Positions 1-11,400 of a stretch of DNA of 64,000 nucleotides are shown one piece after another (positions within the stretch are counted from its first letter, which is position 1; every line of letters begins with the position of its first letter). The notes beneath the pieces were generated by a model. It made no database searches. It was not told the DNA's origin and was given only the letters and a program-made list of their open reading frames with translations. The translations under genes and the position numbers were made by a program. The DNA comes from Thecamonas trahens ATCC 50062. Its lineage: Eukaryota > Protista > Apusomonadida. Location: NCBI RefSeq assembly GCF_000142905.1, contig NW_013657625.1, forward strand, positions 209,411-273,410, given 5' to 3'.

Positions 1-87
1 CTGGTTGTTGCCGATGCCTATGCCGACGACTCGTCGTCGTCGTCGGCCGACGACGTGGTGTAGCGCGACATTGGGCGAGGCCTTGGT

Positions 88-2769
88 TTACCCCCACCGG
101 ACCGAACCCTCGTTCATCACCGAACTCCTCTTGGACGAGTTGGTAAACGACTTGGCCTGCGACTTGTGGTGGCGCGCCGGCCGGTCAAGATCGCGGGCGT
201 ATGCCACCGGCAGGCCCGAAGCAGGCACAAGATCGTCCATTGGCGACCGTGCGTGAATCGAGTACCGGTCCGACGACTCGGAGCCGGGCTCGGTGGCCTG
301 CCACTCGTCGTCATCATCGTCGTCGTCGTCGTCGTCGGTAGCGGTGGCACACACGCCACCAACTTCGACCGCCAGACCGTCAGCGGCATCGGCGTCAGTA
401 GAGCTGGTGGTGGGAAAGACAGCGCCGAGAGACGAACCGCCGTCTCCGCCAGAGGCCATGCTTGAGGCCCGCGAGCGGGTGGCGAGCTCAGCAACGTCGT
501 CCGAGTCGAGCGGCATGATGACACCGGCGACCGGCACAACTTGCGGAGTGACCGGCGACTCGCCGCCCTGTGGCGAGCTGACAGTAGTCACGTCCGGGTA
601 CGGGTCGCCGTCCGCGGCCTCAAACTCGTCGTCGTCAACAACCGTGTCGCCTTCGCCGGGCGGAGCGTGCTCGGCAATGGCAGCGGCGCGTGCCGAGAGG
701 CGGGCGGCGCGAGTCCGCGACGGCGAGCGCGAGCGTGAGACAGCGCGAGTAAACCGGCTCGAGCCGAACTCTTCGATATAGTATTCGTCCGCGTCACGGT
801 AGCCGTAGCGCACACGGCCGTGGCTTTCCGACGCAGTGACGTCAGAGAGTGAGTTTCCGGTCGCGCCCGACTTGGCCAGCATCCGGGCCCGACGGGTCGG
901 TGTCGGCTCGCCCAGCAGCGGCACACCGCCGTCAGTGGCGGCCATGCTCTCGTTGTGGACGTTCGACTCACCCGTGCGCGAGCTGTTGGCGAGGTCGTTG
1001 GACGCCAGCTCACCGGCAGAGACGCTGGCGGCGGGCACAAACGCGGCGACTCCGCCCATGGTCCGCGACGGCGGCAGATTGTCTGACGCCGCCACACCTG
1101 ACGAGTCGGAGCCCGTCGGCGACCGGTACCCATCCGAGTACGACAGCGCGTGAGCGTGCGACCGCTCCGAGCTTGTCCCGTAGCGGTAAGCGTCGATCGA
1201 CGAGCCCGGCCGTTCGGGCTCGCGATCAAACTCGTCGTCCTCGACGCCATCGTCGTCGTCGCCCGAGGCGAGACTGGCGGCAGCGGCGGCGGCAGTGGAA
1301 GCAACTGTGGCTACCTCGCCGTCGTCGCCGGCAAGGCCGGCCAAGACCAGGCGGCGGCGGCGGCGCGGCGACTCGAGTGACGAGACAACCATGGCGCCGA
1401 CAACGTCTTCGGATTCGGCGTGGACCCGCAGGTCAGGCCCGTCGACAGCCAGGAACGTCGACGCCGAGGTCGGCTCCAACGCCGCGAGGTCGGTGGCGTG
1501 GACGAGGACGTGGTGCTGCAGCTGCTCGAGGCTATCAAACTGCTGGGCGCACTCGGGAAACGAGCATACAAGCTCAACGTCGCCGCCGGGCGCAGTCGGC
1601 TGGACGGTCTCGTGGTGGAGGAGGCCGACAATCGACTGCTTGGAGATGGAGCGGACGAGCGGAGCGCCGGACCCGTCGCCGACGCCACTCTTGCCGCTCG
1701 CTAGCGGTACGCTTGTAGGCGGAAAGGCGGTTGTCTGCAAGCCGGACGACGTTGTCGACGTCTTGAGCGGCGAGGCCGGGCCTGACTCGAGCGACGAGGC
1801 GGCGCCGGACGACGCGCCGGCGCCGAGAACGGTCCGGGTGTTGTAGTCTTCGCTCTCGGAGCGGTCGACGAGCGAGTGCAGCCGCTCGGCAACCTGCTCG
1901 AGGCTTGTAGTGACGGTCGCCTCACCCGGCGACAGCGAGCGTTCCTTGACCCGCAGCTGGAGGCCCTGATGCGGGGCACGCGGCGTCGAGGTGCCCGAGC
2001 TACGCCCGTGGGCGTCGACGTGTTCGGCGCCGGGCGTGCCCTCGGCGCCGTCGAGCATCATCAGCTCGCGGCAGGCCGAGGCAACAGCGACCAGCTCGCG
2101 GAGGTCTGTGCGGTAGAACGGCTGAACCTCCAGAATGTGCTTCTTGAACGGAAGGGCGGTGACCGCGCCGGTCGCCTTGTCGTGCTTCCGCATGGCTCGC
2201 ATCACCGCTGACGCGTTGAGAGGGACAAACGAGACAAAGTGAGCCGCGGCGTCGAGTAGCCGCACCCGCACCATCCACGCCGGCGAGCCTGTTGTTGGCG
2301 GCACAGACTCGGAGTGCAGCTCAGAGTACAGATCCTGCAGCTGCGCAAAGAGCTCCTCCTTGGTGGCGACAACAAACTGGTTGAGGCTCTCCAGCGTGGC
2401 CGTGACCGCTGAGAAGAATGCCTCCTTCCGTCCGTCGTCGGCACCGTCGCCAGACTGCGGCGGCGAGGACAGGTCGGCTGTCAGCAGGTGCGAGCGCGGC
2501 GGCGAGCGCGCGGTGTCTTTGTCTTCCTGACCATTGCCATGATCAGCAGTAATCTCGCTGCCAAACATACGCGCGGAGCTTGTGCGGTGACTAGACTCGC
2601 CAACATCAGGCGTACGGGCAGTATCAGGCGTTCCCGACGTCGGCGTACCACCCGGGGTCAGCCCCGAAGCAGCCCGAACAGTCGCCAGCGACTTGAGCTT
2701 GTCATAAGGAACGTAGTGTGCAGCCCAAGGCGGGTACTGCGCAGCCACAAAGTCTTTGCCAAAGCCCAT
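88..2769 (-). CDS. SPX-domain protein with one C2H2 zinc finger and a long acidic/Ser-rich low-complexity C-terminal region
   Basis: ATG at 2769 gives MGFGKDF..YPPWAAHYVPYDKLK (SPX N-terminus). Further SPX segments are FFSAVTATLESLNQFV and LNASAVMRAMRKHDK..ILEVQPFY. The C2H2 finger is CSFPEC-x12-HVLVH (~1498-1566). The 3' end is near the window edge and uncertain: the TAA follows a G5 run. Confidence 0.8.
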   Translation of the reverse strand: MGFGKDFVAAQYPPWAAHYVPYDKLKSLATVRAASGLTPGGTPTSGTPDTARTPDVGESSHRTSSARMFGSEITADHGNGQEDKDTARSPPRSHLLTADLSSPPQSGDGADDGRKEAFFSAVTATLESLNQFVVATKEELFAQLQDLYSELHSESVPPTTGSPAWMVRVRLLDAAAHFVSFVPLNASAVMRAMRKHDKATGAVTALPFKKHILEVQPFYRTDLRELVAVASACRELMMLDGAEGTPGAEHVDAHGRSSGTSTPRAPHQGLQLRVKERSLSPGEATVTTSLEQVAERLHSLVDRSESEDYNTRTVLGAGASSGAASSLESGPASPLKTSTTSSGLQTTAFPPTSVPLASGKSGVGDGSGAPLVRSISKQSIVGLLHHETVQPTAPGGDVELVCSFPECAQQFDSLEQLQHHVLVHATDLAALEPTSASTFLAVDGPDLRVHAESEDVVGAMVVSSLESPRRRRRLVLAGLAGDDGEVATVASTAAAAAASLASGDDDDGVEDDEFDREPERPGSSIDAYRYGTSSERSHAHALSYSDGYRSPTGSDSSGVAASDNLPPSRTMGGVAAFVPAASVSAGELASNDLANSSRTGESNVHNESMAATDGGVPLLGEPTPTRRARMLAKSGATGNSLSDVTASESHGRVRYGYRDADEYYIEEFGSSRFTRAVSRSRSPSRTRAARLSARAAAIAEHAPPGEGDTVVDDDEFEAADGDPYPDVTTVSSPQGGESPVTPQVVPVAGVIMPLDSDDVAELATRSRASSMASGGDGGSSLGAVFPTTSSTDADAADGLAVEVGGVCATATDDDDDDDDDDEWQATEPGSESSDRYSIHARSPMDDLVPASGLPVAYARDLDRPARHHKSQAKSFTNSSKRSSVMNEGSVRWG

Positions 2770-3637
2770 CTTCACCACCAGCAGTTAGCGAGCAGTACAG
2801 GCAATCAAGAGCAGGTGTGAGATGAATCGATCGCTCAAGCGTGAGAGATCTCAAGCGAGTTGGCTCGATGGCGATGAGAGGTCGATGACGAGTCCAAGAT
2901 CCACAAGCTCTCCACCGGAAAAAAAAAGAAGAGCTTTGACAGAGATCGAACGCTTGTCCAAATAGATCGGTACTCTCAGCGATGAGCAGGTCGACGATGT
3001 TCGTCTGTGCCGGCAACGATCAGGTTGCGTGGCCGACCAGCAGCAGAACAGAGAGAGGAGAGAGAGTGGGAAAAGCGCTTCAGTCGCACCCTTCCCAACT
3101 CTGCGCGAGGAGAGGTGGACCAGGGGTAGACGACGAGAAGGCAAGGACCAATTCCTTGTGCAGGCCTTGCAGCAGCAGAGGCGTCAGAAAAAGGTCGCAA
3201 GGAAGCGTCGTCCCAGACACACCAAGTGGTTGTTGATCAAAGTGGTTGATCAAAGTGGCGACCGGGGCGGGGCGGGGCGAGGGAGGAATGGGCCGAGGGA
3301 GAAGAGCGCTGGTGAAGGGGATAGTTGGGGCAAGGGCTTGAGCTTGTGCTAGACACTGATGTCTTGTACAGGCTCTCTACTTGCTTCACTTTCCCCTTCC
3401 AAATGCTCAGACTTTGGCCCCACTCCCTGTGCAGGCGAGTCTTGCCCCCTTTCTCGCCGCACACCTCGTCCGGCCCGCGACACGCGTCACTGCCGCACCT
3501 CGGCTGCCACCGCCTTGTGGCCACGCCGCGGCTGACTCGGTCACCACTATTTTTTTCATTGGCCAATCGATGAAAATGCTGCTCATGGTCGACCTAGCAA
3601 GGACATAGCTAGGAGAGAAGGAGGCGAGATGGCAGAG

Positions 3638-3668
<31 letters not shown>

Positions 3669-3827
3669 GAGGGAGGGGGAGGAGATTGGGATTGGGATCA
3701 GTCTTACTGATGACTGACATGATGATGCACCGCTGATTAAGCCGCAGTTGCCGCACGCAGTGCCGCGCCGCGTTGCTGCGTTGTCGCGTTGCTACGTGGC
3801 GAGGACGGCAAGCGATGGGAAGGCTGT

Positions 3828-5738
3828 TCAAGTGTGCGACGACTTGGATCTTCTCGAGGCGGCGATGAGCTGGGATCGGAGCTGCTTAAAGGCTGCGGTT
3901 CGCTTCTGGATCTCGACGAGAAACGTTGACTTGAGGGCTGACTTGAGCTCGGCAGCGGCAGCGAGGCGGGTGTGGAGCTGGGCGACTTCTTCGCGCGAGG
4001 CTTCGAGGGCAGCGGATGCGGCGTCGCGTTCAGAGATGGCGGCGTTGTACTTGTCCAGCAGAGTTGCGGCGCCGACAGCGCCCTGGCCGGCGATATCGCG
4101 GGCCGATTCGAGGGCGGCGCCTTCGCGGGCCTCGGCGACGGCCAGGCGGCTGGCGAGGTCGTCGTTCATGGCCTCCAGCTCGGCAATCTGGGCGAGGAGG
4201 AGGTGGAGCCGCGACTGGAGCTCGGCGTTTGCGGTGCGGGAGCGTTCAAGCTGGCGAGTGAGGCCGCTCTCGCGGGCGTCGGCGACAGCGGCCGAAGTTG
4301 CGGCGCGTGCGGCAGCGGCGGTTGCGGCGCGCTCTGCGGCGTCGCGATCGTCGGCGGCGGCCTGGAGCTGTGTAGCGGCATCGTGCGCGTGCATGTCCAT
4401 CTCATCAGCGAGAAGAGCGAGCTCGAGCGAGGCCTCGACCGAGGGCGAGGCTGAGCGGCGTGCGGCGGCGGTGGCGGCAGTGAGGTGATCGACGCGGTCG
4501 AGACCCTCGACGCGGGCGACGTACTGGCGGAGCTTGGCGCGCAGCTGGCGGACGCGCTTCTTCTCGCGGGCCTCGGCGGCGGAGACGCGGGCGAGCTCCT
4601 CGCGGAGAGAGTGCAGCTCGAGTGCGGCGCGGGCGTTGGAGCTCTGGACAACAGCCGAGTCGAACGATGCTGGGTCGAGCGGCTCGCCGTCGGGCCCGGC
4701 CCGCGAGGCAGCCTCCAAGTCGGCGTTGAGCTGGGTGAGGGCGTGCATGTGCTCGGTGAGGTGGGCGATATGGGCTTCGAGGCGGATCTTATCGTCGCGG
4801 AGGCTCTCAACCTCTGCGGCGAGCGCGGTGTTGGTGGCGTCGAGCTGGGCAAAGTGCTCGCCGTACTCGCGGTCGACCTCGATGACTTCGGCGGCGGCGC
4901 GCTCCAGCTCGGCCGATCGGTTCAGGTCGCGGTTCTCCAGCGCGAGCGCTGCGGTCTCTGCGCGGGCAAGCGACTCGGCCAGCTCGGTATTGCGCTTGGA
5001 CGAGTGGGCGAGCTCGAGCTCGAGCGCATCGACCTTTTCTTCAAGGGCCGACTTTTCCCGGACAAGGAGCTCGAACCGCTCGCGCGGCGGCGGGACCTCC
5101 CACGAGTGCGACCGCTGCAGGCCGAGGCCATCGGTCTCTTCCGGCGCATCCGGCTCGGGCTGTTTGCTCTCCGCCGGCTCACCGTACTGGTACGACTCGG
5201 CCCACAGCCGCAGAGCGTGGAGCTCGTCCGAGGTCCGGGCCAGCTCAGCAGCGAGCGAGTCGCGCTCTGACGTGGTCCGGGCCAGATCGGCGGTGAGCGA
5301 GTGGAGCGACGCTGGTGATGCGGCCGTGGGCGATGCCGTCGCAGCCGGCGATGTGACCGTTGGGAGCGACGCCGGCGAGCGCTGCTTGAGAGCGTCAAGC
5401 TCGGCGACTGCGTCCTTGTACGCCCGCGAGAGGTCGACCTGGAACTGGAGAGCGTCGACGAGCTGAGCCTCTAGAGCCGCGTTTTTCTCGGCTAGCTCTG
5501 CCGCTTGGCGGCGAGCCTTTGCCAGCTCTGCTTGCTGGCTGTCAAACAAGACGAGCAAGTGCGACAAGTCCGAGCTCGCCACCTGAAGCTCCGCCGCCGA
5601 CGCAGCGGTCACGGCCGAGGCATGCGAGACGTGCGAGGTGACCGAGTGCGGCGAGCTAGCTCTCGAGGCTATGGACACACTTCCAGGCGACCGAGACGGT
5701 GACAAGTAGCTTGGTGTTCCCAACCTAGACTGTGACAT
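3828..5738 (-). CDS. Uncharacterised coiled-coil protein (~636 aa)
   Basis: Long ORF with coding-like GC3 bias and an A/E/L/R-rich heptad pattern. The start is placed at MSQSRLGTP (5738); an in-frame ATG at 5837 is an alternative. Confidence 0.75.
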   Translation of the reverse strand: MSQSRLGTPSYLSPSRSPGSVSIASRASSPHSVTSHVSHASAVTAASAAELQVASSDLSHLLVLFDSQQAELAKARRQAAELAEKNAALEAQLVDALQFQVDLSRAYKDAVAELDALKQRSPASLPTVTSPAATASPTAASPASLHSLTADLARTTSERDSLAAELARTSDELHALRLWAESYQYGEPAESKQPEPDAPEETDGLGLQRSHSWEVPPPRERFELLVREKSALEEKVDALELELAHSSKRNTELAESLARAETAALALENRDLNRSAELERAAAEVIEVDREYGEHFAQLDATNTALAAEVESLRDDKIRLEAHIAHLTEHMHALTQLNADLEAASRAGPDGEPLDPASFDSAVVQSSNARAALELHSLREELARVSAAEAREKKRVRQLRAKLRQYVARVEGLDRVDHLTAATAAARRSASPSVEASLELALLADEMDMHAHDAATQLQAAADDRDAAERAATAAAARAATSAAVADARESGLTRQLERSRTANAELQSRLHLLLAQIAELEAMNDDLASRLAVAEAREGAALESARDIAGQGAVGAATLLDKYNAAISERDAASAALEASREEVAQLHTRLAAAAELKSALKSTFLVEIQKRTAAFKQLRSQLIAASRRSKSSHT

Positions 5739-5912
5739 GCCTTTACTGGCCACGTCACGTTGGTCAGCGAGGTGTTGCGCGGTGTGGCTACTTGGTGTGG
5801 GCGCCAAAATCAAGTTGGGGACGTGTGATAATACCATTGCAAGTTTGGCAGCCTTTTCCTGCAGCAGAAGGCGAGCGGCGGCGGCGGGGCGGCATCGGGC
5901 GGGAGGCGGCGG

Positions 5913-5945
<33 letters not shown>

Positions 5946-5972
5946 GGGGGGGGGGCGACGAGAGGCGGCGAT

Positions 5973-6737
5973 TCACTTGTTCCACCAGTACATGGCGATG
6001 ACGATGATGCAAAAGGCGATGACCGAGGCAAGGATGTACATGTCGCGGCGCTTACGCGACTTGATCTTGGACATGATGTTGCCGATGAGCGGGAAGCGAG
6101 CAGACATGTCTGCGAGGCGCGAGTTGATGGAACGGAACTGGCCGGTCTCGCGGAGGAGCTCTGCGCGAGAGGCGGCAGCGGAGCCGAGGAGAGCGTCTGT
6201 CATGCGATCAGTAGCGTTGATGGCGCGTGCCTCGCGAAGGACATGCTCCTGCTCGGACTTGTAGGCGGCGATGCCCTCGTCCATCGAGTCGAGGAGTTGA
6301 ATGCGTGCCAGGTAGTTGTTGACGTGATCCCTCGTCTTTCTGAACTCGACTTCAAAGTCGCGCAGCATCTCCCGATCCCGATGAAGGGTGTGAACCCTTG
6401 CCGGCGGCGGAGTCAGCTTTGATGCTGAGATGATGTTGCCCATGTTTGCCACGGTCTCCTTGAGAGCCAACAGAAGAGTATCCAGCTCCGCCGCGAGAGC
6501 ATCAAAGGTCATCTTTGCCTCTGTCAGAGACGATGACGAAGCAGGACCAAGACCAGGTACAGAACCCATTTCCACATCAGCATATCCACCCGTTGTACCA
6601 CCAGCTCGATGATGATCTTCTCCTTCCATACTCGAAAGACTTGCTCCGAGCTGAGACAAAGCAATGAGCTTGGAGTCGATCTCTCCTTCCAACTGCTTGG
6701 CACTCCGTCGCAACTCATCCCATCCTCCGCTAGCCAT
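5973..6737 (-). CDS. GOSR1: Golgi SNAP receptor complex member 1 (Gos28/Gos1, Qb-SNARE)
   Basis: N-terminal WDELRRSAKQLEGEIDSKL, internal HTLHRDREMLRDF, and C-terminal RFPLIGNIMSKIKSRKRRD followed by a tail-anchor TM helix. Confidence 0.92.
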   Translation of the reverse strand: MASGGWDELRRSAKQLEGEIDSKLIALSQLGASLSSMEGEDHHRAGGTTGGYADVEMGSVPGLGPASSSSLTEAKMTFDALAAELDTLLLALKETVANMGNIISASKLTPPPARVHTLHRDREMLRDFEVEFRKTRDHVNNYLARIQLLDSMDEGIAAYKSEQEHVLREARAINATDRMTDALLGSAAASRAELLRETGQFRSINSRLADMSARFPLIGNIMSKIKSRKRRDMYILASVIAFCIIVIAMYWWNK

Positions 6738-7353
6738 ACTCTTTCGTCCTCTTTTCACAAAACTTTCACCACAGACTATATGTAACCTGTTCTAGATGCT
6801 AGTCTGCTTGAAAGCCAGATTTTCCCCTTTGTACCTAGCCCTGCAGTGAGTCGAGTCTTGGCACCCTTGTCAGCCAGACAGCACCGTCCCTCGCCACTCG
6901 TCGTCCGTCGGTCGGTGACCTGGCAGTCGTCGACAAACGGACTTTGACGCGGTTTGGCCGCAAGTGTATTGGAGGGCGTTGGGACGTGGATCAAAATGAA
7001 GGGAGAGTGTGGGGGAGGGGAGAGGAATCATGATCTTTATCTCGGTAGCGATGTATGTCTTGGCGGCGATCTCCATCTAGAGGCCGAAGCAGAGGCGATC
7101 CTCAGTCTGGACGATCATGTCGTCCTTGCGAGGGTGGGACAAGGGGAGCGATCCATGGACGTGGGCACGTTGGTTGGCGGGAAAGCAAGTGATTTTGGCC
7201 TGCTAGGGTCTGGGCTGAGAGACTGGGCGCGTCTTGTTGGTAAGGATGGCTGCAGAACCTGGGTTCGGAGTTCCTTCTCGACCAGCGACTGGCAGCCGAG
7301 CCCATTCCTTCTCATCGATGCACCCGCTATCTGCATCGCCACTCATCTCAAAC

Positions 7354-7644
7354 ATGTCCGCACGTGGATCACCTCCCACATCAGGTAGTAGAGCTCGCGC
7401 CCCGCTCGATGAGCGACTTGCGGCGGCGGCGGCTCGGAGGAAGGCTGCTGCGCGTACCGCTCGTTCCGTGCGAGCAAAGGAGGCGGCGGAACGTGCGCGG
7501 CGGACCGCGTCATCAAAGACTAAAGGATGCACCAACTGCTACGAATGCGTGACCAATCCTGGATATGCAGCCGCCTTTATCTGCTTTGCGCCCTGCCATT
7601 GCACCTGCCACACATCGGCGCACTACTATCCCGATGGGAGGTGA
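7354..7644 (+). CDS. Possible small basic protein with a Cys/His-rich C-terminus (96 aa)
   Basis: ATG-initiated ORF with an Ala/Arg-rich helix, then CTNCYEC..CFAPCHCTCH. No family recognised. Confidence 0.3.
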   Translation: MSARGSPPTSGSRARAPLDERLAAAAARRKAAARTARSVRAKEAAERARRTASSKTKGCTNCYECVTNPGYAAAFICFAPCHCTCHTSAHYYPDGR

Positions 7645-7777
7645 TGCACCTGAACCGACCGATCACCGACCGATCAACCCGTTCCACTCCTCCCCGACTC
7701 GAGTCGCGCCCTCCTCTCACCCTTGCTCCGGCCATGACATCAATACACGCCGTATCCAGTCTCTCCCCTTCTCTGCC

Positions 7778-7945
7778 CACGACCACGACCACGATCACAA
7801 GCAAGATCACGACCACGAGCACGACCACGCGATCACGACCATGATCACGATCACGACCACGACCACGCGATCACGACCATGATCACGATCACGACTGCGA
7901 TCAAGATCATGATCACGCCCACAATCGCGCACGTTCACGATCACC
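7778..7945. repeat. Degenerate hexamer tandem repeat (CACGAC/CACGAT/CATGAT)n
   Basis: Directly visible, intergenic. Confidence 0.9.
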
Positions 7946-8234
7946 AGCACGATTCCCATCTCTTCATCCGCTAGGCGGTGAGGGAGAAGGACAAAGCGAC
8001 AGGCTGCCATGTCTGCCATTCCGATCATTTCTTCCATTGAGCGAGACAAACTGGCATCGGAGACTGGCATTCCCCCCCCCTCCCACCAACAGGCGATAGT
8101 CAAGCCACTTCACCCCCCCCCCCCCCCCCCCCCCCTCCCCCCCGCGCTGACCCGTCATCCCAGAAGGACGACTAGGAACAAGAGACAGACAAGAGACACC
8201 AACCGTAGTCTGTAATACTCCTACCGAGCCCATA

Positions 8235-8394
8235 ATGGAAGCAGTTGCCACCTCTCCACAGGCTGTACCACCTCCACCCGACCACCAGGCTGCTACTATG
8301 GAGCCATATCTCACCCAGCGATTGACGGCAGAGACACCTTGGTGTCTCATCGCTCGCACCGTACGCCTTTTTTTTTTTTTCTGAGGTCAAGACA

Positions 8395-8488
<94 letters not shown>

Positions 8489-11400
8489 ACCATCTTCCCG
8501 TTCCCGTCCCCCCCTCCCCGTCACAGCTTTCTCTTTCTCTCTGAGCCTCTCTGTACCGACACCATCATCGTACATACATACATATATATGTTTTGGGGGG
8601 TCTGGCGTGTTTTATTTCGGCTGAAAAAATCTTTGGGAAATGACGCCTGCGTTTGTTAGATTTGCATGCAAGTTCTCCCTCCTTCCCTTCTTCTCTACAG
8701 CTGGGCTTGGCCTTGGTTGATCTCTGTCTCCCTCTTTCCTCTCCTCTGTTCTCACTCTTTGTCGGCTTGCTCTCGTCCGTAGTGGTTTGATGAATGGAAG
8801 GCGTACGCAGGTCTGTTTGATGGACACTCGTCGTCTACCCTCCCTGGTGCTATTGATAACGGTCCGCTGGTGGTCGACATCGACGCAGAGACACCCGAGC
8901 TGAAGGAGAGGCTGCTGGACGGGACCGATTACGAGCTTATTCCCGCACCGGGCTACGATCAGCTGGTGGCGTGGTACGGCGGCGGCCCGCGGATTACCCG
9001 CCACGTCATTGCTCTCGGTGTCTCGTCGCAGCTCGTCTGCGAGGTCTATCCACTCAAGCTTCGCCTTGTCCTCGCACCGGACCTCGCGACCGACGCTGTT
9101 GTTCTCCACCTCTCCAAGCTCGCCACCATTGCCGACCTCCGTGCCGCCATCATTGACGCTCTCGATCTCGACGTCGATAACGACCATGTCCTTCACTGCC
9201 ATAACTTTTTTGGCGACGTGGCAGCCGAGGATTTGCTCGATCCGGCGTCATCGGATCTCGCCGAGAGTCACACCCTCGATCGTGCATGCCTTGTTCACGG
9301 GCAGAAACTGCTGATCTCGCTTGTGCCGGTCGACGGCGGCGTGGCCTCTGCGTCAGACTCGGACTCGATCGTGGCGCTCGTCTCCGACTCGGACTCAGAC
9401 AGCGGCGCCGACGGGTGGAACATGTTCCCGCCGACCACCTCGCAGTGGTCGTACAGCCCCGGCGGTGTCGCTCGCCGGGCGCGACCGCTCGGTACTGCCG
9501 GCGTCGAGCGCATCGGCGCCGTCCCGGGCGTCTGCGGGCTCTCCAACCTTGGCAACACGTGCTTCATGAACTCGGGCCTGCAGTGCATCACCCACGCACC
9601 GCAGCTCGTTGAGTACCTCCTTGCCGACAAGCACGTGCCAGAGATCAACCGTGACAATCCGCTCGGCATGTCCGGCGAGGTCGCCGACGAGTTTGTCGCC
9701 CTCCTCAAGCTCATGTGGTCGGGCAATTACGCCTCGGTCGCCCCGCGCTCGTTCAAGTACACTATTGGTCGCTTTGCGCCGCGCTTTGTCGGCTTTGGCC
9801 AGCAGGACTCGCAAGAGCTCATCGCCTTTCTCCTTGATGGCCTCCACGAGGATCTCAACCGCATCCTCGACAAACCGCTCGTCCCGGTTGTCGAGGCTGC
9901 CGGCCGCCCCGACGATGTTGTCGCCAGCGAGGCCTGGACCGGCCATCTCCGCCGCAACGACTCGGTCATTGTCGACCTCTTCCAGGGCCAGCTCAAGTCG
10001 CGCGTTGTCTGCCCCATGCCCGACTGCGGCAAGGTCTCGGTCACCTTTGACCCGTTCATGTACCTCTCCGTCCCGGTTCCCGACGGCGGCCCGCGCCAGC
10101 TCACCGTCCGAGTCGTGCTTGCCGACCCGACCGCCAAGCACGTCATCGCCAAGATCTTCGCCGCCCCGGGCGACACTGTCGCCACACTCAAGTCCAAGGT
10201 CGCCTCGCTCGTGAGCTCGGACCCGCATCGCCTCATCCTCGTCGAGATCTATGACCACAAGCTTTACAAGACCTTTGATTCGGACTACGAGGCCCTCGCA
10301 GACATCCTTGACGAGGACGTCCTCGTTGCTTACGAGATCCCAAAGGCTCTTGCGACTCTCCCGCCGTACAACCCGGCCCTCGCCCAGCCTACTTTTCCTG
10401 CACCCACCGACGCCACGGCCCCGCCCGATGAGGCGCCAGCTGCTTCGGACTCGGACTCCGACTCTTCCAACACCGCCGCACTCAAGGCCAACGCCGATGC
10501 TGCCAACTTGCCGCCGACCACCGGCTCGGCGCTGCCGCTCTCCGATCCCCGCTGCCCGTACATGGCGTTTCCCATTTCGCACACCAAGCTGGAGTTCCGG
10601 GCCCCGCGTTCGGCCTTCTACCGTGCCTCGCGCAAGCCCGTGCTCACCCAGGTCGCCTTTGGCGTCCCCTCGCTCGTCTTTCTCGCCAAGCCTGTAGCCA
10701 ACCAGGCCGCTGTGGAGGAAGCACTTCTCGACAGCCTCGCCCGCTACGTCTCGCGCCCGACTGACGACGACCTGGCCGCCGCAGGCCTCGTCGGCGATTC
10801 CGAAGAGCGAGCTGCCCGCAAGGCCGAGCGCAAGGCCGCCCGTCGCGCCGCCGCCAAGGCCGCCCGCACCAAGCGCCGCGCCGCGCACAGGGTCAAGAAG
10901 ATCCAGGTTGCCGAGCGAACCAAGAAGAAGAACGCGGCCAAGGCCGCTGTCCGCGAGGTGGTCGCGGCTGCCAGGGCCGCTGCGCGCGGAGCAGGCGTCG
11001 ACGCCCTCGATTCGTCCGATACCGACGACTCAGACCTTGACACGCCCAGCATCTCCGGCTCGACGCTCTCGTCCCTCTCGGACACGCTCTCGACCTCGGG
11101 CTCGACCGAGATCGACTCGTCCGACTCGTCCGACTCGGACGTCGATTGGGCCACGCTTGGGGTGCCTGAGGAGACGCCGACCAAGCTTGTCCATCTCGGC
11201 CCGGATGGCCGCGGCCCGTCGGTTGACTCGTACATCCGCGGTCGAGTTTCGGCCGCCGCCGAGACCACCTTTGTCGCCACGTGGAATGCCAAGCTCCTTG
11301 ACGCATGCTACGACACGGCTGGCGCCGATGCCTGCCGCGCCGTCACCGAGCTCCCACCCAAGGCCGACGACGAAGCTCCCAACGTACTCTCGTGCCTCCG

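Noticed and set aside
10780-11150. Basic and acidic low-complexity insert in the USP catalytic domain
   Set aside because: A large insertion at this position is normal for the USP4/11/15 family.
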